Positions 11,001 through 23,364 of a stretch of 35,097 nucleotides of DNA are shown in pieces (the stretch's first letter is position 1; every line of letters begins with the position of its first letter). Made by a program: the position numbers and the translations under genes. The notes beneath the pieces were generated by a model. It did not search any database and was not told the DNA's origin. It saw only the letters and a program-made list of their open reading frames with translations. This stretch comes from Octopus bimaculoides (Eukaryota), in NCBI RefSeq assembly GCF_001194135.2, contig NC_068981.1, positions 14,074,670-14,109,766 of the forward strand, read 5' to 3'.

Positions 11001-13314
11001 GAATATAAATGTATAGGCAAGATATATATCATGAAAACACAAACATATAATTGTGGGTATGTAGTCTCGGACAGGTATCGGTAATTACTCACATCAACAC
11101 AAACCCACGTCTACTTACATTATCTGGCGTGAGGGTAGGGTATGGAAATCGAAAAAGAAGAGTGGAAAATCTCAGGATAAAATTGTTTCGATCGTTTTAT
11201 CATATGGAATATCCGGTATAAAGAAAAAGTTAACTAAAACTAATTATGTTCTCAGGAAAGATAGCAATATTAATAATTTCGGAATATTTTAATTATTTCA
11301 ACAAGTAAATTATCTACACGGGCCTTACGTAGTTCTTATTACAAAATCATTTATATGAGATTGACTCCATTGTAACTTCAGAATTCGCGACGAAATCATC
11401 GTTTCCTGAGTGCTCAACTTTGTACAGAGGTCATTTTGGGGGTACATTTTAATTGGCTAATGACAAATGTATGTTTGACTTATTTGATTATATATAATCT
11501 AAGAGAGGCATTGAAACATAAGGATTCATTCAAAATATTTACAAGTAGATAATCGTTACGAGCAGATGTTAGAAAACAAAATTCTAACACTACAGTGGGT
11601 AATTCCAAAGATAAAATACATTTGATATTTAGAGTAATTTTTATCACACACCATTTATAAAAATCATCACCAGTGAATCGTAAACCTGGTTTTTGTTGAT
11701 GCATGTAATAATATGCATGATTTTAATGCAAGCGACTATGTTTGCATTAATGATGAAAGATCACACATAAACGAGTGAACTTTCATCATTGTAAAACTCA
11801 TCCTACATAATACTGCTCAGAATAAAATTAACTTTATTTGTAATTTCTTTCTATGATTATATGTTGCCTTTCTTATTTAGACCGAAGTGAGCCTTGCTCG
11901 AGCAGACGTGATATGTTGTCCTAGTATTTAATTAGCATATTTTAGGATATAGTTTATCTCGTCATTGTTTGGAATTTTTTTCTTACAGAACCACTGAACC
12001 TCGATACATGCTAGTAATAGAAGAGCCCCATTGGCTACTCTGCTACTAAATTGTATCAAGAGGAGATGAAAGTATTCATATTTTACGAGATTTGCTCAAG
12101 GGAATGTTCATTCATTTCTCCATGCGCATTCTCTGGTTAATGCATGTAAAATTTTCTCAACTTGAAATTAATGTTGTTGTACCCCTGCGTTTCTTTCGCA
12201 CATTAGATATTGATCAGACGCTTGGTCACGTTTTCTCCTGAATAGATTGAACCTGGGATATTTAGATTGACTTATATAAACATATAAATGTATTTAACGA
12301 TAGTTTCTAATAATTCTGTCTTCTAAAGCTTATACATTGTGAGACTTATACACTTTTGTGTCATCCAAATAATGAAGGCCCTTAAAAGTCACTTTAAGAC
12401 ATTCAGTACTTGGATGGCACGAATCTATCGGCCCAAAACATATGAAACTGAAAATCAATCGTGACAGGAAGTAAACTCATTAACTAGGCAGACACACCTA
12501 AACACCGAAAGAAATGTTATCTGGCGCTTTACCGATTTAACCTCCCCACAATAATAAAAATATTGAACACTCGTGTTTGATAAATAAATGTGTGAATTGG
12601 TATGTTGAAAAGTGAATCACTTGAAATGTTTGTGTCAATTTGTGTGATCTTTTGTGAATAACAGATTAAAAACTATCGATATTTTTGAAGCTGTGAATGC
12701 AAACACATCTGAAGCGATAATGATTTAGATAAACAATTCAGCCATACAATAATCTATCTAGACCGCTTGATACCAATTGTAAATTAGTAAACTGAGATGA
12801 CTATATATATATCTAATGTTGAAAACTACAATGCCATCTTGTTGCCCAATTAGTCATTTATTGACCATTCATTTTGCATTGTAAAAGGGTCAGGTAGAGT
12901 TAATTAGAATCAGCTGTAGCTTGCCTTATTTATAGAATATCTGATTTCGCAGATGTTACATAAAACGAATTTTCTTAAAAGTATTTCATGGTAGAAAATA
13001 TCACAAAGTATCACTTGTGCATTGGGTTTCTTTAGAGCCACAAGATAATAACTGGTTTTCTTTTCAAAATACATTCTTTATAAAAAATAAAAATAGTTGT
13101 GTTCAATTACAGAAGACAAAAGGCGGTGTTATATTTTCACAAAAGATCAACTTCTTTAAAATACAATAATTACATTAAATGTAATGGCGAATTAAATGTT
13201 GGGAAATACCTTTAGCATATGACTAAAAATTATATTGAAGTTATAGGTCTAAATGATACCATTTGTGATTATCCTTTTAATGAATTTGATAATCCTTATA
13301 GGGGAATATATATA

Positions 13315-13468
13315 ATGATTACAGAACATAAATCGAGCAACAGAACGTCACAAAATATCGTGGACAAAATGAAAAACAGAACATAAGTAGAGCATAGAAA
13401 CACACAAGCCACCTAGAGAACGTTTCCTTCATCAGCTGCCACCATTCTAGAACTAAGCGTCTCGAAGG
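13315..13468 (-). mobile_element. Truncated, decayed copy of the permuted-hammerhead repeat
   Basis: Minus strand: ccttc-GAGA-cgc-ttagttctagaatggt-GGCAG-CTGATGA-a-gga..., followed by a tail homologous to 5726-5810. The GUA-CUGCC strand is missing and GAAA has become GAGA. Confidence 0.75.
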
Positions 13469-15684
13469 CGCACACACACATGTATGTGTGAATGCGTTCA
13501 ATTCTGTGAAAGACTATATGATACACTTTCACAGTACTGAAAATATTTTATGAAAAATAAGAGCAATAAAATAAGAGAATTACATTACGATAAGGGATGT
13601 ATTGTTCAAAAAGTCATTCTTCTATGAAAATTAGCTTTAATATAACTAGGACTAAGACAATTTAACGACAATGATAGCGATAAGGAAGAGAAAGATTATG
13701 TTGAGAAGCAGTGATGATGAGGAGTATGATCAGTGTAACTGTAGTAGAAATCCACATTATTCACTGGAATCCTTTGGATTTAAGAGTGGACCTGACGGAG
13801 GAAATTTACCCATTGTCTGTATATGTCTATAAACAGCAAATTCATATGATGTATATATAATTATCTAAATAATTATGACGTGCATTCTAATCAACTAATT
13901 TCATAATTAGGAAAACTAGATGAGTAAATTCAAAATAAACTCTCAAAATGCAATGATTGTTTCTTTCTCTAGATATAAGTCTTCGTTTCAATCTCCTCTT
14001 AATTGTGTAGTCACTGAACAGGTAAAATATTCACCGTATTAGCAAGTGCAATTAATATTGGTTTGAAATTAGTCAATATCGTCATTTTGTCAACGTTGTT
14101 TGATATATGTTTAACAAATATTACTCTTACAAATAGTAGTGCTGCAGTCACTCCAATAATTATGAAATATGTTTTTGTTAAATGTATTAACTTTATATTT
14201 TAGACAGTTTGATATGTTTGGTCATCATAATTCTTTGCTGCATATTTAAATATTTTGTACGATGAAGACGCTATCACCTTATCATGATAAATTTTTGTTT
14301 TGAGGCAAATTCAAATGTGTTAAAGAGAGAAAAAAATACAATCCTAATCTATCCTGTTTTCATGCTAGATAATCCACTGATTATGATACACGCCAGCTGA
14401 CTCAAGAATATCATTCTCAATGTTTAGCATACTGTTAACAAAATTTTAATACAGAATATTCAAAGATAGTATCAAAAACAATTCCTCACAAAACCATTAA
14501 CTGTTTACTGATCTGCTTTCAGATATGACAACTTCCAACGGTTACCACAACTTCCCACGAGTATTCAGAGAAATTCGATTTTATTGATAAAAGACTTAAA
14601 TTTTAAACAAGGATATGAAAGTTAAATGCAAGACGGATTATAAATTGACAATACAATTTAAGCCAGTAGGGGAAAAAAGAAAAGAAAGAAATCCAAATAA
14701 AAGTTGCCATATTTTAATACAATATCTTTTTCTGTATTCTCAAGTGACATCAAGTTTGATGAAGAACAAAACAAAAACGTGTTTTGAACTACTTTAGCGA
14801 AGTAGTTACTATAGTAGAAATCAGGAGATATTAAAGGAATTAACATTGTTGTTGCGATTAGAAACGGAATGTTACTTTTATAATATATTTTTAATATATA
14901 TATTTTTTAAATCCTTCACTGTGTTAAATGGTAAAATTCAAACCATTCAGAAAACAGGTGAAAATAAATATGATACCCGTATTGTATTAATTTTCATAAT
15001 TCTCATATAAATATAGAAGAAAAAGCTTGTTCCCATTCATCAACATTAAAAGGGTGCTTAATGATTGTTAAGTGACATACAGAAAATGATAATATCACAA
15101 CGAGAGGTGCTATTACGGAGCTTTTATCTGGTTATGAATTAAATTTCAGTTGGTTATCACCTTCAGATTGATGTACAACTGACATTCACCTTACTCTCAT
15201 ATAAATTTTATGGTCTTTCAGCACATGGATGAAATGCTACTGAAGTATGGTGAAATGTAAATTCATTTCTTAAAATACACAAAGAATCGCTAGGCGTGTA
15301 CGGGATAAAAATGCGAGATAAAAAACTGAAAGTAAAAATTCCCCCGTAAATTATTGAAAGCCTTTGCAGGAAGTTCGTCAAATTTTTCTTCGTTAATGGG
15401 GAGAGAGTAAGAGAGGGAGAGCATTTTCTCACTAAAGATGTAATGCACAAGAAGCTGCAATAGACCTATAATATTAATAGTATTACAGTAAACATTTGCA
15501 TAATCTGATGGCGAAAAAGGAATTTACATCTACCTTGAACCTTAAATGACGACGTTTTATTTCATGAAATTAAACGAAGTTTCGAAGATAACATTTGAAG
15601 CCGCCAAACCTAGACCTCTTATAAATGCTTTTAAATTAACGGAAGAGATAATAATTCACGTGCATGCATACATACACACACACA

Positions 15685-15722
<38 letters not shown>

Positions 15723-16079
15723 AAAAAATAGAAAAGAAACTGACGCAGTTTCTCCAGGGCCAATATAATAGTGACATAACGAAAATTTATAAGACGTTGC
15801 AAATATTCTTCATGTGAGATTCTTATGTAAGTAGTTGCATACGCTTGTGTGTATGCTTCGACAGTTCATCCAACTCACTAACTCAGCCACGTGTTTACAA
15901 ACAAAGAAAAGTCTCTTAACTTAAAAAGTGTAGTTACTTTGTTAGCAACCAGACTGAACTTTCGCAAGCGTATGTGCATAGAATTCCGTCCNNNNNNNNN
16001 NNNNNNNNNNNNNNNNNNNNNNNNNNNNNNNNNNNNNNNNNNNNNNNNNNNNNNNNNNNNNNNNNNNNNNNNNNNNNNN

Positions 16080-16158
<79 letters not shown>

Positions 16159-16659
16159 GTGTGTGTGTGTGTGTCTGTGTGTGAGTGTGTGAGTGTGTGT
16201 GTGTATACGCATGCATGTATGTTAATACGTGTGTGTATATATGATGTCTAAATCCACACCGAGATTGCAAAAAGTCCGTTTTCTCTTTCTTGTTTACGAT
16301 AACATATTTTCAACCAGAAATACAGTTAATGATTTTTATGTAAGATTTTGCTATTTCTATCAAAAGAGTAGTTTAAAATAATCTTATCCAGCAACAATAA
16401 CACTTTCTTTTACAATACATATAACTTTAATAATACTGCTTGCCTAAACAGCAGTAATTGTGCTTTTAAAAGTATAAAGTTTTGTGCTACACAGCTATAT
16501 ATGCAAAAATAAAATTGCCTTTAAATATAATTTTATCAACTTATTTAGAAACCTGAAACAAAACATTAGCCATTCAAATATATATGGTCTTGGAAATATC
16601 AAGTGATTAATATGCAGTTCTTTCCCTTCTTTTGAGACATATTAGTTTTGAATAAATGA

Positions 16660-17037
16660 TAAAACTATTCACATTGGACGGATGTGTCCGCATCTCGTTT
16701 GTTGTTGCCACACCGTTTCGGCTGCTTGACACACCAGGTGTCCTGGTGGAATTTTGAACCCAATTTTTTGCTGTTGTTACTATTATTATTATTTATTCAA
16801 GGCATTGCCTGGAATTGAACTTGGAATCAGTAGACCACGCGCTTAATGATTACGCTATATGCCCATGGGCAATTATAGAGTGAATTTTAGGGCTTATAAC
16901 CCTAAGATGTTGGGTTCAAAATTCCACTTGGACACCTGATGAAGGCAGAAGGGTAAATCAGCCAAAACGATGTGGTAACAACAGACAAGATGTGGACACA
17001 TATCCGTCCAATGTAAATAATATACAATATTGCTCAT
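16660..17037. mobile_element. Inverted pair of Penelope-like terminal-repeat copies (about 110-130 bp arms), each with a dead minimal type I hammerhead
   Basis: The left arm (about 16660-16765) is the reverse complement of the right arm (about 16910-17037). Right arm: GACAC-CTGATGA-A-GGC...GCC-AAAA-CG-A-T-GTGGT (16931-16976). Left arm on minus: GACAC-CTGGTGT...GCC-GAAA-CG-G-T-GTGGC. Confidence 0.8.
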
Positions 17038-19072
17038 CTCAAAAATATAGAACAAATGATAAAATATTGCTATTTTTTCAAAGTGATATTGATTGAAATT
17101 TACATTGAGAAATATATTCCGACGGGTGAGCAAAGAAAATACAAGGACGCGATGAATACGACAGCATTTCGAATCCTCTAGTGTAAATAAATTTGATTAA
17201 CTATTATAGAGACACATATGTAAGGAAGTATATGTATGCTTCTGTTTCTTAACTATATATTGTTTTGATATCGCTATGTCTGTATGCGAATCTTATTAGT
17301 GTGTGCAAACCATCACTATTTTTACTTTAACATGCGTGAAATGTTCTCATTTATACAGAGCAAAGTCTTAATTAACAAAGAAAATTTCCCTTGTTATTCC
17401 ATATAAACCAAAGTGTATTCTCTGATATTCAAAAAATCTAAACAGCTAACTTCTTTTATATCAATTTTATTTTCAACTTCTTATAATTGTTTAGAGGTCA
17501 GAAACAAAACTTAGAGTAATGACCTGGAAGATTTAATTTTCCNNNNNNNNNNNNNNNNNNNNNNNNNNNNNNNNNNNNNNNNNNNNNNNNNNNNNNNNNN
17601 NNNNNNNNNNNNNNNNNNNNNNNNNNNNNNNNNNNNNNNNNNNNNNNNNNNNNNNNNNNNNNNNNNNNNNNNNNNNNNNNNNNNNNNNNNNNNNNNNNNN
17701 NNNNNNNNNNNNNNNNNNNNNNNNNNNNNNNNNNNNNNNNNNNNNNNNNNNNNNNNNNNNNNNNNNNNNNNNNNNNNNNNNNNNNNNNNNNNNNNNNNNN
17801 NNNNNNNNNNNNNNNNNNNNNNNNNNNNNNNNNNNNNNNNNNNNNNNNNNNNNNNNNNNNNNNNNNNNNNNNNNNNNNNNNNNNNNNNNNNNNNNNNNNN
17901 NNNNNNNNNNNNNNNNNNNNNNNNNNNNNNNNNNNNNNNNNNNNNNNNNNNNNNNNNNNNNNNNNNNNNNNNNNNNNNNNNNNNNNNNNNNNNNNNNNNN
18001 NNNNNNNNNNNNNNNNNNNNNNNNNNNNNNNNNNNNNNNNNNNNNNNNNNNNNNNNNNNNNNNNNNNNNNNNNNNNNNNNNNNNNNNNNNNNNNNNNNNN
18101 NNNNNNNNNNNNNNNNNNNNNNNNNNNNNNNNNNNNNNNNNNNNNNNNNNNNNNNNNNNNNNNNNNNNNNNNNNNNNNNNNNNNNNNNNNNNNNNNNNNN
18201 NNNNNNNNNNNNNNNNNNNNNNNNNNNNNNNNNNNNNNNNNNNNNNNNNNNNNNNNNNNNNNNNNNNNNNNNNNNNNNNNNNNNNNNNNNNNNNNNNNNN
18301 NNNNNNNNNNNNNNNNNNNNNNNNNNATATATATATATATATATATATATAATATAAACACACAAAGAAAAAGAGAGAGAGAATGAGAGAGATTCGCATT
18401 TATCTTGAAAGTAACTTGTAACATAAGAGTAGATAAATAACAAGGGTGAACTGTAGATATATGTATTCAACCGTAAACGCTTCTGATCAACTCCTGGCAG
18501 TCAGATGGGTGTTAACTTAAGTGATATTCTTTGCTCAAGTATCGGAGAACATTTGTTCCTGACAATTATGTTGGAATTGTTATCTGTTCAACTCTCAGAG
18601 TAAATATTCGGACACATTGTAATAATATCAGAAGGCTAATAGGTTTCAATTGCAAAAAAAGACAATTGTAATCTATCTGACTATATTTTGATGCTTCTGT
18701 TCATAGAACGAACATAGTGTAAACGTATTTGCCTATGGTCTATAGAACAGTGTGTTACATTCACTCTAAAAATCGAAAAGATACCTATAAAGCTAAAATC
18801 TAGATTACATTAAATAGATACTAAAGGTGATACAAATATATTATCAAATTTCTATTTGACTACAGAGTCGCATTTACGGACGAAAAGGGAAGCAAGGAAG
18901 AAAAGAAATGGCAGACAGAGTAAACAATAGTAGCCTCATAAATAGTTACATCTACAAAACCTTTTACAAAGGAAATTTGGCATCGAAGGCACAAAAAAAA
19001 AAACACGCTCATATATACAAATTAGTTGAATGCGAATGTGTGTGTGTGTATTTTTCAGAATTTGGGTATATT

Positions 19073-19260
19073 AGCCAATCAGAAGCGAGTATTTTACACA
19101 TAACCGTGAATTTCGGTTTGCAACTATTTGCAAAAAACTCTTTTTTCGTAATAGTCAAAGATGCTGCCCATGGGCGCACGGAGTAGAGCTACCACGTGTT
19201 CCATAATTGTTTGTGACATAATGGAAGAGGCAGCGAACGCCCTATTTTCTCATTGGCTGA
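19073..19260. promoter_or_regulatory. Possible promoter/enhancer: two opposed CCAAT boxes flanking an E-box
   Basis: agCCAATcag (CCAAT 19075-79), CACGTG (19193-98), cATTGGctga (19252-56); more CpGs than the flanks. Motif evidence only. Confidence 0.3.
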
Positions 19261-19630
19261 AAATTCTGAAAGTTATCGAACTTTGAACATCTACAACATT
19301 TTCGCAAAATATTTTCTGGAATAAATTAATGACAAATTCAGATTCAGCGTCAGAAATTACATCTATATGCTACATTAAAATTTTATTTAAAGATTGCGAC
19401 GTTCAGTGACTCAAAGCACAAACATCCGACTTTTGAGATTTCGTTAAAAAGAAATACATTTCTTAGGAAATTTTCACTTCTTTTTTTTTTTTTTCATTGT
19501 TTACAGCTTCTTTTCTTTTTTTTTTACTTCCTTAAGTTATTATATTTCATCTACTTCCTTTGCCTTTCTAACTTCTAGTAACGCTGCTATCCTGCTTTGT
19601 AACTATACTATTTGTAGGAAATACATCTTA

Positions 19631-19676
<46 letters not shown>

Positions 19677-20022
19677 TTATGAGAACGTCATTATCAAAAC
19701 ATGAAAGCTAATTCATTGTCCAAAAACTTGAACAATATAACGCCAAGCATGTGCTATATTCCGGGTATTTCTAGTTCAACTGGCCCATCGAGGTGTTGCT
19801 GACATGTGAAATGCATGTGATCCATGGCAGCCAACGAGATTGGTAGTGAAGATGAGGGTTATTTAAGGAAATTAGTAAGGGGGAGATGAAAAATGTGGTG
19901 AGAAGGTGAGAGAGGGAGAGAAATAGATGAGGTGTACATTTAGAAGCCCGACTGACATCAAGTTGGCTCCATAGTTCGTTGTATTCTATAAATGCTAAAG
20001 AGCTTCTCACTCTCTCCCTCTT

Positions 20023-20059
<37 letters not shown>

Positions 20060-20123
20060 CTATTTATGTATCTAACTGCATCTCTCTCACTCATACATAC
20101 ACACATATATACACATATATAAA

Positions 20124-20275
20124 GACGCAGGAGTGGCTGTGTAGCAAGAAGCTTGCTTCCCAATCACATGGTTCTGAGTTCAGTCCCACAGTGTGGCACC
20201 TTCAGCAGGTGTCTTCTACTATAGTCGTGGGCCTTATGAGTGCATTTGGTAGACGAAAACTATAAAGAAGCTTAT
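20124..20275 (+). mobile_element. tRNA-derived SINE, same family as 2643, 3'-shortened
   Basis: gcaggagtggctgtgtagcaagaagcttgc...gttcagtccc...gtggcacc...gtgtcttctactatag. Confidence 0.88.
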
Positions 20276-20430
20276 ATATATACTCAGTTAATTTATTATA
20301 TTCGTCCGATGTTGACTACTGTGGACTGCATATTCATTTAATATTTGGCAAGAATACAGGATAAGGGAAACACTCTTAAAAGACTCATTGAAGTTTCTCA
20401 CAAATATGGATGTATATCATATAGGCGATT

Positions 20431-20487
20431 GACGCCTGATGAACGTATTATTAGTAGCGCGACGAACGGTAACGTGAAACTTTGAGT
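20431..20487 (+). ncRNA. Near-intact minimal (Penelope-type) type I hammerhead
   Basis: GACGC (20431-35), CTGATGA (20436-42), ACGT...ACGT stem II (20443-46/20472-75), GAAA (20476-79), CT-T-T, GAGT (20484-87; 3 of 4 pairs with ACGC). Confidence 0.5.
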
Positions 20488-20537
20488 ATCAGTTTGCGAA
20501 GCATTTTTACAGCTGTAATAAAAGTACACACACACAC

Positions 20538-20636
<99 letters not shown>

Positions 20637-20796
20637 TTTGTGTGTGTGTGTGTGTGTGCGTGTATGTGTGTATGTGTGTCTGTAAACTCCATAATCATTC
20701 CACATACGTATATGTATACGTATATGCATATGTAAATGCATAGATGCATACATACATATACATTATATACATGTATATATATATATATATAAATAT

Positions 20797-21621
20797 GCTG
20801 GGTGCGGTGAGTATACTGTCGTCTAAATTACGCAGAAATTAAAATAACACTGACATCTCATTTTAAGACATGTATTTACCTAAATTACATAAAAATATCT
20901 TGAAGCACTAAAGAATAACTTTATTAATATAAATCGCCATTGGCTTATACTCGTCTGGACAGTCTCCTTGTTTAAGTTGGTGAACGCTGCCATAATTCTT
21001 GCCTTCAGTTCATCTTTTGTGCATAAGAAATTTTTGTTGGTCTCCCGCTCAGCACATAACGACCAAGGGAGCTGCAGTCTGGGAAGTTAGATGGCCAGAT
21101 ATTCGGGGTGGTCGCAGACATTGTCTGACAGCCATGACTGGGTTCTCTTGCTTGTGTAGCATGGTGCAGAGTCTTGTTGCCAGACATAGTGTCTTCCAAC
21201 AGCCACGCTCTTGACCCAGGCTAGCACTACCACCTCCAGGCACCTGACGTAGGTCTCCGTGTTGAGTCTGAGGCCGTGTGGGGAGATGAATGGAGGAATA
21301 ACGTCATCACTAGTGATCACTCCAAACACCATGATGTTGATTGGATGTTCGATTTTTATCGCTCCCGGTATATGCACTGTCCTCAGATTGACACCCAAAT
21401 ACTCTGAAATGTTCATATTGGAGTTTCCGCCCCGAATATCAAGGAGTACAGCATGTCGTTTCCAAATTTTCGGCAGAGTGAAGTACATCATGGTGCAATT
21501 TTCTCACAAAACGGTGCTCAACTGACCCTACTATACTCTGTAGTTGATAAAATAAAATGAAACAGTTCACATGCGTGAAATTAAAACTATAAAATGGAGA
21601 CAATTTACCGAACGCACATTA
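20797..21621 (-). mobile_element. Internally deleted Tc1/mariner DNA transposon, DD37D (maT) type
   Basis: Translation IMVFGVITSD...YVWQQDSAPCYTSKRTQSWLSDN...PNIWPSNFPDCSSL matches the QQD...WPxNSPDxNPLD region; restoring the small indel gives about 37 residues between the second and third catalytic D. The N-terminal HTH (ISEYLGVNLRTV) joins this directly, so the first-D region is deleted. Degenerate TIRs at about 20801-20820 (gtgcggtgagtatactgtc) and 21599-21618 (rc gtgcgttcggtaaattgtc); TA-rich flanks. Confidence 0.85.
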
Positions 21622-21734
21622 TATATGTATATGTTTGTGTATGCTTTCTTACGCACATTTATATACGTATATGCATACATGCATTATGTATATATAATTC
21701 TTCTTATACAAATACACAAATACACATTCTCTGT

Positions 21735-21761
21735 AATAATAATAATAATAATAATAATAAT

Positions 21762-21841
<80 letters not shown>
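21735..21841. repeat. (AAT)n microsatellite running into a gap
   Basis: Directly visible. Confidence 0.98.
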
Positions 21842-22387
21842 NNNNNNNNNNNNNNNNNNNNNNNNNNNNNNNNNNNNNNNNNNNNNNNNNNNNNNNNNNN
21901 NNNNNNNNNNNNNNNNNNNNNNNNNNNNNNNNNNNNNNNNNNNNNNNNNNNNNNNNNNNNNNNNNNNNNNNNNNNNNNNNNNNNNNNNNNNNNNNNNNNN
22001 NNNNNNNNNNNNNNNNNNNNNNNNNNNNNNNNNNNNNNNNNNNNNNNNNNNNNNNNNNNNNNNNNNNNNNNNNNNNNNNNNNNNNNNNNNNNNNNNNNNN
22101 NNNNNNNNNNNNNNNNNNNNNNNNNNNNNNNNNNNNNNNNNNNNNNNNNNNNNNNNNNNNNNNNNNNNNNNNNNNNNNNNNNNNNNNNNNNNNNNNNNNN
22201 NNNNNNNNNNNNNNNNNNNNNNNNNNNNNNNNNNNNNNNNNNNNNNNNNNNNNNNNNNNNNNNNNNNNNNNNNNNNNNNNNNNNNNNNNNNNNNNNNNNN
22301 NNNNNNNNNNNNNNNNNNNNNNNNNNNNNNNNNNNNNNNNNNNNNNNNNNNNNNNNNNNNNNNNNNNNNNNNNNNNNNNNNNNNNNN

Positions 22388-22737
22388 TATTGTCATAGGT
22401 GCCCTGGGAATGACAGCGAAACGGGCTGATTACTACCTAGCTCAGATACCAGGAAACCCCAAAATGGCTGAAGTCCAAAAGATAGTGCTCATGGGAACTG
22501 CCCATATCCTACGTAAAATACTGTCTATGTGATCTCAAATTTTAAAGCAAACATAATTTTCTTATGGTTTCTTAAACATTCACTTGAACAAAACTGTACA
22601 AATCCAAATATATGGTACCCTAGGCATAACACCTACATGAACTTCTAACTTGTTGTCTCTTGAGGTCTCTGGGTGAGACTTGGATCCAACTTGTACAAAT
22701 GCAAAACAAAAGTCAAACATAAAATAATAATAAAATA
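22388..22737 (+). mobile_element. 3' end of an R4/Dong-like RLE non-LTR retrotransposon with 3' UTR and short (AAT) tail
   Basis: IVIGALGMT...EVQKIVLMGTAHILRKILSM* (stop at 22532) is the characteristic C-terminus of this group; ends aaaataataataaaa. Confidence 0.85.
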
Positions 22738-23272
22738 GCCCCTTACTTCATTTCCCTCCATTTACCAATGATGTATACGTCGTTTTATTCGCAGGGATAC
22801 ATTTGGTAAACTATACAAAATACCAAGAATATTTACCATAAGTCTATGGGAATATAAGCTTTAGTAACCAAACCCATTGAGAATAGAATGTAGAACATAT
22901 AAAATCGATAATACATTGATATATGTTATCATTATCAAATCAACGAAACAGTCGATAAAATATGCGACTCATACAGGTGGTGATGTTTGCATTCAGAGCA
23001 TTTTCAAATCGTTTGTGTGTTGGTGGAGATATGAATGAAGGCATTAACGAAGCTGTTGGTCTTTCTTTCTTAATATGCAGTGTGTTAGTAGTGCTTTGTG
23101 ATAACTACAGCACAGTTGTCATGGCAATTGTTCTCTGAATAACATAGAAGCTGACACAGTTGCTAAAAATATGCTGTGTATTGTCATACATACGTACATG
23201 CATACATACATAAATACATACATATATACATACATACATACATAAATACATACATACATATACAAACACTTT

Positions 23273-23329
<57 letters not shown>

Positions 23330-23330
23330 C

Positions 23331-23364
<34 letters not shown>

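Noticed and set aside
15222-15256. Candidate plus-strand micro-exon (HMDEMLLKYGE) with AG/GT ends, vaguely like MEF2 DMDKVLLKYTE
   Set aside because: Too short, the exon boundaries do not match MEF2 structure as I know it, and there are no partner exons.
19765-19995. Minus-strand segment with RTMEPT followed by a CT-rich tract, suggestive of a Penelope 3' end
   Set aside because: No GIY-YIG motif or hammerhead core could be confirmed.
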